NCBI GenBank assembly: GCA_039804105.1
Contig: JBDRZU010000001.1
Coordinates: forward strand, 480,001 to 544,000
DNA from: a candidate division WOR-3 bacterium
Lineage (GTDB): Bacteria; Hydrothermota; 32-111
Length of the DNA: 64,000 bases
Direction of reading: 5' to 3'
The notes below the pieces were generated by a model. That model ran no database searches and was not told the DNA's origin. It worked only from the letters and a program-made list of their open reading frames with translations. Of this stretch, positions 10,005 to 18,342 are shown piece after piece. Both the position numbers and the translations under genes were made by a program. Position 1 is the first letter of the stretch; each line of letters begins with the position of its first letter.

Positions 10005-10542
10005 AGAGTTCCTCCTGTTTTGGTTGATCGGTTGTGATCTCATCAAGTGCAGGTAATTCTTTCAAACTTGAGATTTTGAAATATGAAAGAAACTTTTTTG
10101 TTGTATGGTAAAGGGATGGTTTACCTGGTAAATCAGCGTTTCCCCTTTTCACTATAAGTTCTCTATCAAGAAGTGTTTTGAAAACACCATCACAGTTAAC
10201 ACCTCTTATCTCCTCAACTTCCTGTTTTGTTATCGGTTGTTTGTATGCTATTATTGCAAGAGTTTCAAGTGCTGGAGTTGAAAGTCGTGGTGCTTTTTTG
10301 TTGCCAAAAAAATTTTCAAGAATATCAGCGTATTGTGGTTTTGTAACAAGTTGATAACCAGAAGCGACCTCAATTATCATTATCCCCGAATCTTCTGAAG
10401 AGTATTTTTCTTTAAGATACTCTATAACTTGCAACAACAATGTTTTTTCGATTCCAAGTGCTTTTGCAAGTTCATCCTTATCTATAGGTTCCGATGAAGA
10501 GAAAAGTATTGCTTCAACCTGTGGTATTATCCGTTCCATCAA
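9985..10542 (-). CDS. scpB: SMC-Scp complex subunit ScpB
   Basis: EAILF, GYQLVTKP, LS.PALETLAIIAYKQPIT..EVE.IRGV, PG.P.LY.TT..FL.YF. Confidence 0.95.
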   Translation of the reverse strand: MMERIIPQVEAILFSSSEPIDKDELAKALGIEKTLLLQVIEYLKEKYSSEDSGIMIIEVASGYQLVTKPQYADILENFFGNKKAPRLSTPALETLAIIAYKQPITKQEVEEIRGVNCDGVFKTLLDRELIVKRGNADLPGKPSLYHTTKKFLSYFKISSLKELPALDEITTDQPKQEELFEDKDQ

Positions 10543-11473
10543 AATCCTCCGTTACAGTGATCCTGTTGTTAAAAGTTTTATTGATTATACCTTTCATCTC
10601 AAGTGTAGTCAGAAGAGATAAAATTCTCGATTTTTCAAATCCTTCTGTTTTTAATATATTTTCAAGATTACCATATTTTTTGATAAGTTCAACAACCTTT
10701 TTTTCATCATCTGATAATATCGTCTCGATATCGTTTCTTTTCTGTTTTGAAACACCAGGTAGAATGTCCAAAGAATATAAAGGGATAGCACCTTTAAAGA
10801 TCGCATAGTTAGGAGCGTATGATAATTTGTTTGTGATTTCACCAGGTAAAGCAAAAATCTGTTTTTTCAATTTCAAAGAAAAAAGAAATGTTGAAAGTGT
10901 CCCACTGTTAACAGCACCCTGGATGATTATCAGAATATCAGAGATCACCGAAATGATAAAATTCCTTTTTATAAAATTATGTTTGTATGGTTTAATAAAA
11001 GGAGAATACTCAGAAACCAAAAGACCATTTTTTTTTATCTCATCTTTCAATTTTATATTTGAAACAGGATAATTGATCCCAAAACCACATGGTAAAACTG
11101 CAACGGTTCCTATACCTTTCTGAATCGATTCCCTATGAACGAGAGAATCTATTCCCTGTGCAAAACCACTAACTGTGACAATATCTTTGTTCTTATAACC
11201 TTCAACGATATCCTTTACTCCTTTGATACCATAACTATCTGGTTTTCTCGTTCCAACTATTCCGATTTTAAATTTTTTTAAATTTTCTGTATTTCCAAGA
11301 GCAAAAAGATATGCGGGAAAATTTTCGACTCTTTTTTGAAAAAATTGTTCACTCTCTAAAATTTTAACATTCTCTTTTTCGATAAACTTCAAACTCTTCT
11401 CATAAGTTGAATCTGGAAGGTTGTAAAGTTTTATCTGTTCTTTTAGATATTTCAAAAACTTTTCATCAAACAT
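10514..11473 (-). CDS. dprA: DNA-processing protein DprA/Smf with C-terminal winged helix
   Basis: IVGTRK, VSGFAQGIDS.VH, AVLPCG, LVSEY, F..RN.II, SGTL.T, FALPG; LTTLEMKG wHTH. Confidence 0.9.
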   Translation of the reverse strand: MFDEKFLKYLKEQIKLYNLPDSTYEKSLKFIEKENVKILESEQFFQKRVENFPAYLFALGNTENLKKFKIGIVGTRKPDSYGIKGVKDIVEGYKNKDIVTVSGFAQGIDSLVHRESIQKGIGTVAVLPCGFGINYPVSNIKLKDEIKKNGLLVSEYSPFIKPYKHNFIKRNFIISVISDILIIIQGAVNSGTLSTFLFSLKLKKQIFALPGEITNKLSYAPNYAIFKGAIPLYSLDILPGVSKQKRNDIETILSDDEKKVVELIKKYGNLENILKTEGFEKSRILSLLTTLEMKGIINKTFNNRITVTEDFDGTDNTTG

Positions 11474-12437
11474 AATTCTCGATCTCTTTCAAAATTATAT
11501 CCTCAATATTTCCTGTATCATTGTTGATCAAAGAGGCAAAAGTGTATTTAACATCTTTGAAAATCTCTCCAACCTCGATATTTTTATTCTCCAGTAAATC
11601 GGTTTTATTGAAAATCACTATTCTTTTCTTTTTCAACAATCTTCTGTCATAATTTTCAAGTTCACTCAAAAGGATCTTATATGTTTTTTCAATATCACCT
11701 GTAACATCTATAACAAATACAAGAATGTTAACTCTGCTGATATGTTTTAAAAATCTGTTTCCAAGCCCTTTCCCTTCACTTGCTCCTTCGATAATCCCTG
11801 GAATATCAGCGATTCTGACTATTTTGACACCATCGGTTAAAATTCCAAGATTTGGTTCAAGTGTCGTAAAAGGATAATCGGCGATTTTTGGATTCGCTTT
11901 CGCTACAACTTTTAAAAATGTTGATTTTCCTGCATTAGGAAGCCCAACGAGTCCAACATCTGCTATCAGTCGAAGTTCCAGGATCACCTCTTCATTTTCA
12001 CCACTTTTCCCTTTTTCAAATCTTCTTGGTGCCTGATTGACTGAACTTTTAAAATGGACATTCCCTCTTCCACCTCTTCCACCTCTTAGAAAAACTATTT
12101 CACCTTCAAGTAACTCATTGAGTTCATTCCCCATCTTATCGAGAATTACGGTTCCAGGCGGGACTTCTATAACAACATCTTTTCCATCTCTTCCATGTTT
12201 TTGTTGCCCTTTTCCATTCTCTCCATCCTCTGCTCTGAAATGGTGTTTGTATCTGAGATGGTTTAGAGTGAACAATCGTTTGTTGACCCTGAAGATTACA
12301 TCTCCACCTTTACCACCATCACCACCATCTGGCCCACCTTTTGGCACATAGATCTCTCTTCTGAAAGAGCAACTCCCATCCCCTCCTTTTCCTGATTGTA
12401 AAAATAATGTAACTCTATCGATATATTTACTTTTCAT
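11466..12437 (-). CDS. obg: GTPase Obg/CgtA
   Basis: Gly-rich Obg fold (GGPDGGDGGKGG), ADVGLVGLPNAGKST, YPFTTL.PNLG, DIPG, NKTD. Confidence 0.97.
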   Translation of the reverse strand: MKSKYIDRVTLFLQSGKGGDGSCSFRREIYVPKGGPDGGDGGKGGDVIFRVNKRLFTLNHLRYKHHFRAEDGENGKGQQKHGRDGKDVVIEVPPGTVILDKMGNELNELLEGEIVFLRGGRGGRGNVHFKSSVNQAPRRFEKGKSGENEEVILELRLIADVGLVGLPNAGKSTFLKVVAKANPKIADYPFTTLEPNLGILTDGVKIVRIADIPGIIEGASEGKGLGNRFLKHISRVNILVFVIDVTGDIEKTYKILLSELENYDRRLLKKKRIVIFNKTDLLENKNIEVGEIFKDVKYTFASLINNDTGNIEDIILKEIENYV

Positions 12438-13609
12438 ACATTCTCTTTCAAAAACTTCTCTATCCTTTCGATTCCCTTTTCAATCTCACTCATCGAAGCA
12501 GCATAAGAGATTCTTATAAATCCTTCAGCACCGAATGCACCACCAGGAATAACTGCAACTTTATAATCTTCAAGAAGTTTTGTGCATATTTCTTCTGAGT
12601 CCTTAAACTTTTTCCCAATAAATTTTCTGAAATCAACGAAAAGATAAAATGCGCCCTGTGGTTCAACATATTTTAACCCTTCAATCTTTTCAACCTTTTT
12701 CATCAAAAACTCTCTTCTTTTTGCAAACTCATCGATCATCTTGTTCACTATCTTTTCATCAAGTTTTAATGCAGCAACCGCTGCTTTCTGGGATATCGAT
12801 GAGGTGCATGAAGTTGAATGTGTTTGAACCATCAACGCTTTTTCAACAAGTTTCTTTTCACCTCCAAGATAACCGATCCTCCAGCCGGTCATCGCGTATG
12901 TTTTTGATAGTCCATTTACAGTAAAAGTTAAGTCCTTTATTTTGTCGTTAAAAGAGGCAATCGAATAATGTTTGTTAGGGCTATAAATAATTTTTTCATA
13001 AATCTCATCAGAAATACAATAGATATTGTGTTCAACTATAAGATCAGCAAGTGCCTTCAACTCTTTCTCTGTGAAAACAACACCTGTTGGATTGTTTGGT
13101 GAATTGATTATTATCATCCTTGTTTTTTTTGTTATCTTCTCTTTGACTCTATCCACATTTATTCTGAAATTATCAAGTGATGTATCAACTATAACTGGAA
13201 CAGCACCTGTCATTTTGACCATCTCAATGTATGACACCCAATAAGGTGCAAGAAGTATAACTTCTGAGTCCTCATCGCACAAAGCCTGTAAAACATTGTA
13301 TATCGATTGCTTCGCACCTGTTGAAACTATTATATTCTCAGGTTTGTATTCAAGGTTATTTTCTTTTTTGAACTTTTCACATATAAGTTCAAGAAGTTCG
13401 TTTATACCTCTGACCGCTGTATAACCAGTGAAACCTTCTTTTATCGCTTTTATCGCTTCCTCTTTGATTTTATCGGGTGTATCAAAATCTGGCTCTCCTG
13501 CAGCAAGTATTGCAACATCAATGTTTTTACTTTTCATACTTTTTGCAAGGGATGTAATTTTTAATGTTGAAGAGTCGCCAACATTTGCAAATCTTTTTGA
13601 TATTTTCAT
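12434..13609 (-). CDS. Class I PLP-dependent aminotransferase (aspartate aminotransferase type)
   Basis: GEPDFDTP, NSPNNPTG, SDEIY, NGLSKTYAMTGWRIGY, FIRISYA. Confidence 0.92.
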   Translation of the reverse strand: MKISKRFANVGDSSTLKITSLAKSMKSKNIDVAILAAGEPDFDTPDKIKEEAIKAIKEGFTGYTAVRGINELLELICEKFKKENNLEYKPENIIVSTGAKQSIYNVLQALCDEDSEVILLAPYWVSYIEMVKMTGAVPVIVDTSLDNFRINVDRVKEKITKKTRMIIINSPNNPTGVVFTEKELKALADLIVEHNIYCISDEIYEKIIYSPNKHYSIASFNDKIKDLTFTVNGLSKTYAMTGWRIGYLGGEKKLVEKALMVQTHSTSCTSSISQKAAVAALKLDEKIVNKMIDEFAKRREFLMKKVEKIEGLKYVEPQGAFYLFVDFRKFIGKKFKDSEEICTKLLEDYKVAVIPGGAFGAEGFIRISYAASMSEIEKGIERIEKFLKENV

Positions 13610-13640
13610 CTTTTCTCCTTTTAAATTAATTAAAATAAAT

Positions 13641-13668
13641 ATTTTAAATCATTATAGAGTTAAGTCAA
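13641..13668 (-). promoter_or_regulatory. sigma70-type promoter for the aminotransferase-obg-dprA-scpB-rluB operon
   Basis: TTGACT-N16-TAAAAT, then AAGGAG and ATG. Confidence 0.6.
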
Positions 13669-13700
13669 TATTTTAAAGTGGATAAAGGGATTTTTTAGAG

Positions 13701-13774
13701 TGGGCCCACTAGGGATCGAACCTAGGACCTGATGATTATGAGTCATCCGCTCTAACCAGCTGAGCTATGGGCCC
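13701..13774 (-). tRNA. tRNA with CAT anticodon, most likely tRNA-Ile2 (lysidine) rather than Met
   Basis: GGGCCCATAGCTCAGCTGGTTAGAGCG GATGA-CT-CAT-AA-TCATC AGGTC CTAGGTTCGATCCCTAG TGGGCCC-A. It lacks the initiator GGG/CCC anticodon-stem pairs and the CTCATAA loop resembles ileX; the Ile2 versus elongator Met call is inference. Confidence 0.9.
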
Positions 13775-13786
13775 AAGTGTTTTTGT

Positions 13787-13814
13787 ATTATATGATTTTT
13801 TTCTTTCTTGTCAA
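13787..13814 (-). promoter_or_regulatory. sigma70-type promoter for the CAT tRNA
   Basis: Perfect TTGACA-N16-TATAAT. Confidence 0.75.
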
Positions 13815-13878
13815 TATAAAATAATTCCATTTCGCATAAGTTTTTTAAAAAACTTGTTTTATTACTTTTAAACAAAAT

Positions 13879-16095
13879 CTATCGAACAATTACAAATTTT
13901 TTATTTAACTTTATCTTTCCATCTGTTAAATTTAAAAAGTATACTCCCGGGTTCAATTTTTTTAAACTCAAAGAGTATCGTCCTGCGACTCTGTTCATCT
14001 GTTGTTTTACAATCTTTCCTGTAATATCGTAAATTACAAGTTCATTTTTATTATGTGCATTATAACTTACCTGATCATTTGTAACCACAAGATTTAAACT
14101 CGTTTGATTTTCATTTTCCGGATCAATGTTTTTGTTGATACCAGTCAATAGAAAATCTAATATGTAAATTCCTCTAAAATCTGTAACATAAACATTATCC
14201 CCATATACAAAAACATCACGGGAATACCCTGGTGTATCATAATAACCGACCTCAACTGGATTTGCTGGATTTTTTACATCAATTATACGCAGCCCACTGC
14301 TACCATCAGCAACATAAGCATATCCTTTGGAAACATAAATACCATTTGCATTTCCTGGAGTATCATAAAAACCAACCTCAACAGGATTTGCTGGATTGTT
14401 GATATTTATGATTCTTAATCCATAGTTGCTATCGGCAATATAAGCATATCCATTTGATATATAAACATTCAAAGCGTTTCCAGGTGTATCGCAGTATCCC
14501 ACCTCTATTGGGCTTAATGGATTTGATATATCTATAACTCTTAATCCGGCACTACTTGCAGCAACAAAAGCGTAATTACCGGAAATATAAACATCATAAA
14601 GATGCCCTGCGGTTGAATAAGAAACAACCTGTTTTGGTTTTGTTAAATCAGAGATATCGATTATCCTTAATCCATAATCGTAGTCAGCAATGTAAGCGTA
14701 ATTACCTGATACATAAACATCGTATGCAAACCCCCAATCTCCAAAGGAACCAACTTTTACAGGGTTCGAAGGATCACTCACATCAAGTATGTTGAACTTC
14801 ATAAGGTCTATATCATAAATATAATATCCACTAACAACATACGCATAATTACCAGATTTGTATACTCCTAAGGCTGGAGAAGCAGAAAGATAACTTCCTG
14901 ATGGGTTTGGATTTACAGGAGTAGAAACATCATATATTTTCAATCCAAAATCATCATTTGCAACATAAGCGTAATTATCTGAAACAACTATTCCTTCTGC
15001 TGAAGTCGGAGTATCATAACGACTTATCTTGACAGGTGAGGTCGGTGTGGTTACATCAACTATTATCAATCCATAACTTTCATTCGCAACATAAGCATAA
15101 CCACTTTTAACATAAATATTTTTAGGAAACGGATAAAGTCCAGTGCTACCAACCTGAACGATATTTGCAGGGTCAGCAATATTTAAAATATTCAACTCAT
15201 AAGTTTCTGAGTCATACTCCCATTCTGTAAGATAAGCATAAGCACCCGAAATATGCAGATCCTCTATAAAATTAAAAGTTGAATAAGAACCTTTTTCTTC
15301 TGGATTGGATGGATCGGATACATCTATTATATTCATTTTGAAGTCAAATAAACCATTATTTATGATCACATAAGCACAGGTTAATGAGATGAAAACCTTT
15401 TCAACAGAACCAGTTGTTATACAATATCCTGTTTCTGTTGGAGTCGAAGGATCTGATACATCGACTATTCTTAAACCTCCACCACCATCAGCAATATAAG
15501 CATAATCAGCAAAAACATAAACATCGTAAGCATAACCGGGAGTGATATAATACCCTGTTTTTACGGGATTTGCTGGATTTGATATATCAAGGATCCGTAA
15601 TCCAGAATCACCATCAGCAACAAAAAGATATACTTTATACACAAAAATTCCTTCAGCATCACCAGGTGTATCAAAAGAAGTCACTTCAACTGGATTAGAA
15701 GGATTTGAAACATCTATAACCCATATTTTAGAACTGGAATCGACCACATAAGCATAATTTCCCAAAACAAAAATTTTATTTAAAATAACACTCATGTCGA
15801 GAAATCCTACAAGAACTGGATTTTGGGGATCTTTCACATTTAAAATTACAAAACTGTATCCCATAGAAACATAAGCAAAACTATCAACTCTGAAAACATC
15901 GTAAGCACTTCCAAAATATGGCACTCTGCCGATTCCTGCAACATTTAAACTATCTGTTGCCCATTCTAAATTTTTTTGATCAAATAAATTTTTAAATTCT
16001 GATGTTTTTATCTTATCCCAATTATATGAACTCTTCGATGCAAAAATAAACAAACTCAAAAAAATCAATGAGGAAATAAAGAATATCTTTTTCAT
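13879..16095 (-). CDS. Secreted LVIVD-repeat (beta-propeller) protein with C-terminal Por/T9SS-like sorting tail
   Basis: Signal peptide MKKIFFISSLIFLSLFIFA; more than ten ~42-aa repeats A.DVYV.G.YAYVAD...GLRIIDVS.P..P..VG.YDTPG; tail IYDITGKIV...LNPGVYFL...KKFVIVR. Confidence 0.85.
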   Translation of the reverse strand: MKKIFFISSLIFLSLFIFASKSSYNWDKIKTSEFKNLFDQKNLEWATDSLNVAGIGRVPYFGSAYDVFRVDSFAYVSMGYSFVILNVKDPQNPVLVGFLDMSVILNKIFVLGNYAYVVDSSSKIWVIDVSNPSNPVEVTSFDTPGDAEGIFVYKVYLFVADGDSGLRILDISNPANPVKTGYYITPGYAYDVYVFADYAYIADGGGGLRIVDVSDPSTPTETGYCITTGSVEKVFISLTCAYVIINNGLFDFKMNIIDVSDPSNPEEKGSYSTFNFIEDLHISGAYAYLTEWEYDSETYELNILNIADPANIVQVGSTGLYPFPKNIYVKSGYAYVANESYGLIIVDVTTPTSPVKISRYDTPTSAEGIVVSDNYAYVANDDFGLKIYDVSTPVNPNPSGSYLSASPALGVYKSGNYAYVVSGYYIYDIDLMKFNILDVSDPSNPVKVGSFGDWGFAYDVYVSGNYAYIADYDYGLRIIDISDLTKPKQVVSYSTAGHLYDVYISGNYAFVAASSAGLRVIDISNPLSPIEVGYCDTPGNALNVYISNGYAYIADSNYGLRIININNPANPVEVGFYDTPGNANGIYVSKGYAYVADGSSGLRIIDVKNPANPVEVGYYDTPGYSRDVFVYGDNVYVTDFRGIYILDFLLTGINKNIDPENENQTSLNLVVTNDQVSYNAHNKNELVIYDITGKIVKQQMNRVAGRYSLSLKKLNPGVYFLNLTDGKIKLNKKFVIVR

Positions 16096-16156
16096 TCATC
16101 CTCCCACTACTGATTGAGTATTCTAATCTTTTAATATTTTTTTAAAACTTTTCAAA

Positions 16157-16189
16157 ACAAAAATGTCAAAAAGTCAAGCACCGTCCCCA
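16157..16189. repeat. Cassette-end motif, copy 1
   Basis: ACAAAAATGTCAAAAAGTCAAGCACCGTCCCCA; matches 45374..45407 with 3 substitutions and 1 indel. Confidence 0.8.
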
Positions 16190-16199
16190 GGTTTTTTTT

Positions 16200-18299
16200 T
16201 TATTCAAATTTCAATAACTTTTTTACAATTGTATGTGAAGGTGTTTTCAATTTTATAAAATAAATTCCTTTTTTTAAATTTTTTACATTCGTTTTATGTT
16301 TACCCCCTTTAGATTCTTCTCTTATTACTTCTCTTCCCGTTATATCGTATAACATCAACATTCCTTCAGTAAGGGTATTCCATATTATGTATTGTTCAGA
16401 TATTTCGATTTTTAAATCATTATTTTCAACTTCAATTAAAAGTTTTTTTTCATTATTTCCCGCCGGACTAAAATTACCATTTATTACTGTTGGATTAAAG
16501 CATGGAACCTTCAATAAAGTTTCCTGTATTGTTAAACTATCTGGATAGACTGTATCTCCAACCAATACTGTGGAAGATGTATCTCTGAATTCTATCCTTA
16601 ACCTATCCTTCTGAATTAGTCGAGGAAGCCAGTAAGCACTATCTATATTTAACCATGAATGTTCATTGTTTAATTGTAATATTTTATCTATATTACTGCT
16701 ATCTATTTTTGGTTGATTGGTTAGACCATGGAAATATATTATTACATAATCATCACCATCAACTCCACTTTGTGCTACAAAACCATCTGATGCTTTAATG
16801 CTGTCTATCCTGCATTCAACTCCTAATCCTCCCTTCAATGTTGTTATATATTTGTTTTTATCTCCATATACATACATTTCGCTCTGATAGTATCCCGTAC
16901 TTTCTGCATAAAAACCTGTTTTGATTTTCATACTATCATCAGGATATATTTTTAATGGATAAGTTAGTTCAGTATCGACAAAAAACTCCTGATTTTTAAA
17001 CCTTATTGAATCAACTAAAATTGTATCTCTCCCTTCGTTGAAAATAAAAAAACTATCACTTGTTAAAGAATCTGGAACCATAGTATTACCATAGATTATT
17101 GTATCCGGAGAATTTAACATTCTCCACTCAATTATATATGTCTTCATCATATCTATTCCATATGTATATGGGAGAAGAGGGTCTGATTCCCCACTCCATA
17201 TTATCTCTTTTCTGCAATTTCCATTCATATCAGCCATTATCACACTGCTTCCGGAAAATGTATCATTATCCATACTCCATATCAATTCAAAACTATCATT
17301 TCCCATTACCTTGAATATCTCTAAAATAGATCCAGCACAAAGAACCAGTTCATCGTATCCATCGCCATCCATATCACCTGCTGTTCCCCCACAACCACTT
17401 CCCACTGAACCTGATGGTCCATAATCTTTTCTTTGCCAGCGACTCCATTTTTTAAAATAGTGATTGTCACCATCACATTCAAACAAGTCATGTAACCATT
17501 CGGCAGGAGATTGATCATACGCTTTTCCACCAAATACATAATCATTATAGCCATCTTTGTCAATATCCCCTATTAATTTAACATAATAAGTACCAGCAAG
17601 AGTTGTGTCAAAAACCGAAACAAATGAATCCTGATTCATATTCTTTGATTCATACACTTTGTGTCCTAAATGAGTCATTGTAACAATATCTAAAAGTGAA
17701 TCATTGTCCATATATCCGATATCCATCGCATAAACTTTTCTTTTAAATGTATCTTTGTAAGCGAAATAATAACTATCATCACTATCGCTATCCATATAAA
17801 ACCAGCCATAAGGGTCATTATAAGTTGTATTAGGGTTCGGCGCTCCAAATATCCTGTTTTTCCCATCTCCTTTCAACAATGAGGTAACCCCAAAACAATG
17901 ATATTCCCCATTTTCATTCATTTTCAATTTCCAAGTCCACTCTTTACTTATACTATCTTTATATAGCTGTTCAATTATAAATATCATATTACTGTCTGAA
18001 GGATTTATTCCCATTAAATCCAAAAATCCATCACTATCAAAATCACCAATTCCTCTTATCCAACCGCCTTTAATAAAATCCAAAAATTCAAATTGATATT
18101 TACTCCATTTATAAATAGCATTATTATAGTCTCCTGTATAACAAAGCATTGACAGTAAAGTATCCGTTTCTCTATTTATAATAATGGGAGAATAAATATT
18201 AGGCTCAAAACTTCCAAATGGTATTTCTTGCTTTATCTCTATTACAGAAAATAATGCCATTGATCCCAAAATCAATACCAATAGTATCATCCATTTCAT
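16200..18299 (-). CDS. Secreted FG-GAP/VCBS-like repeat protein with Ig-like domain and C-terminal sorting tail (cassette 1, gene B; start revised to 18299)
   Basis: Signal peptide MKWMILLVLILGSMALFS from ATG 18299; GDFDSDG.LD, GDIDKDGYND, GDMDGDGYDEL, ADMNGN..KEI repeats; tail LYDITGREV...LKKGIYFIKL...KKLLK. Paralog of 45412..47550. Confidence 0.8.
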   Translation of the reverse strand: MKWMILLVLILGSMALFSVIEIKQEIPFGSFEPNIYSPIIINRETDTLLSMLCYTGDYNNAIYKWSKYQFEFLDFIKGGWIRGIGDFDSDGFLDLMGINPSDSNMIFIIEQLYKDSISKEWTWKLKMNENGEYHCFGVTSLLKGDGKNRIFGAPNPNTTYNDPYGWFYMDSDSDDSYYFAYKDTFKRKVYAMDIGYMDNDSLLDIVTMTHLGHKVYESKNMNQDSFVSVFDTTLAGTYYVKLIGDIDKDGYNDYVFGGKAYDQSPAEWLHDLFECDGDNHYFKKWSRWQRKDYGPSGSVGSGCGGTAGDMDGDGYDELVLCAGSILEIFKVMGNDSFELIWSMDNDTFSGSSVIMADMNGNCRKEIIWSGESDPLLPYTYGIDMMKTYIIEWRMLNSPDTIIYGNTMVPDSLTSDSFFIFNEGRDTILVDSIRFKNQEFFVDTELTYPLKIYPDDSMKIKTGFYAESTGYYQSEMYVYGDKNKYITTLKGGLGVECRIDSIKASDGFVAQSGVDGDDYVIIYFHGLTNQPKIDSSNIDKILQLNNEHSWLNIDSAYWLPRLIQKDRLRIEFRDTSSTVLVGDTVYPDSLTIQETLLKVPCFNPTVINGNFSPAGNNEKKLLIEVENNDLKIEISEQYIIWNTLTEGMLMLYDITGREVIREESKGGKHKTNVKNLKKGIYFIKLKTPSHTIVKKLLKFE

Positions 18300-18324
18300 T
18301 GGAGGGAATTTTATTCCCTCCAAT
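18298..18324. promoter_or_regulatory. Perfect 12-bp hairpin overlapping the start of gene B
   Basis: ATTGGAGGGAAT-TTT-ATTCCCTCCAAT; on the mRNA the GGAGG pairs with an arm that ends in the AT of the ATG. On the + strand it is followed by a T run (terminator-like). Confidence 0.75.
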
Positions 18325-18342
18325 AGTTTTTTTAGCTTAATT

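Noticed and set aside
9985..10542. scpB without adjacent scpA
   Set aside because: Split scpA/scpB is common; cannot be judged from one window.
13838..13855. Palindrome AAGTTTTTTAAAAAACTT after the LVIVD gene
   Set aside because: Low-complexity AT palindrome; too weak to call a terminator or operator.
13701..13878. CAT tRNA as integration site for cassette 1
   Set aside because: The accessory genes lie on the tRNA 5' side, and no duplicated tRNA 3' end or integrase was seen.
13879..16095. Periodic DNA similarity suggesting a CRISPR array or DGR template/variable repeat
   Set aside because: The periodicity is in-frame protein repeats with scattered substitutions; no constant repeat-spacer structure, cas gene or reverse transcriptase is present.
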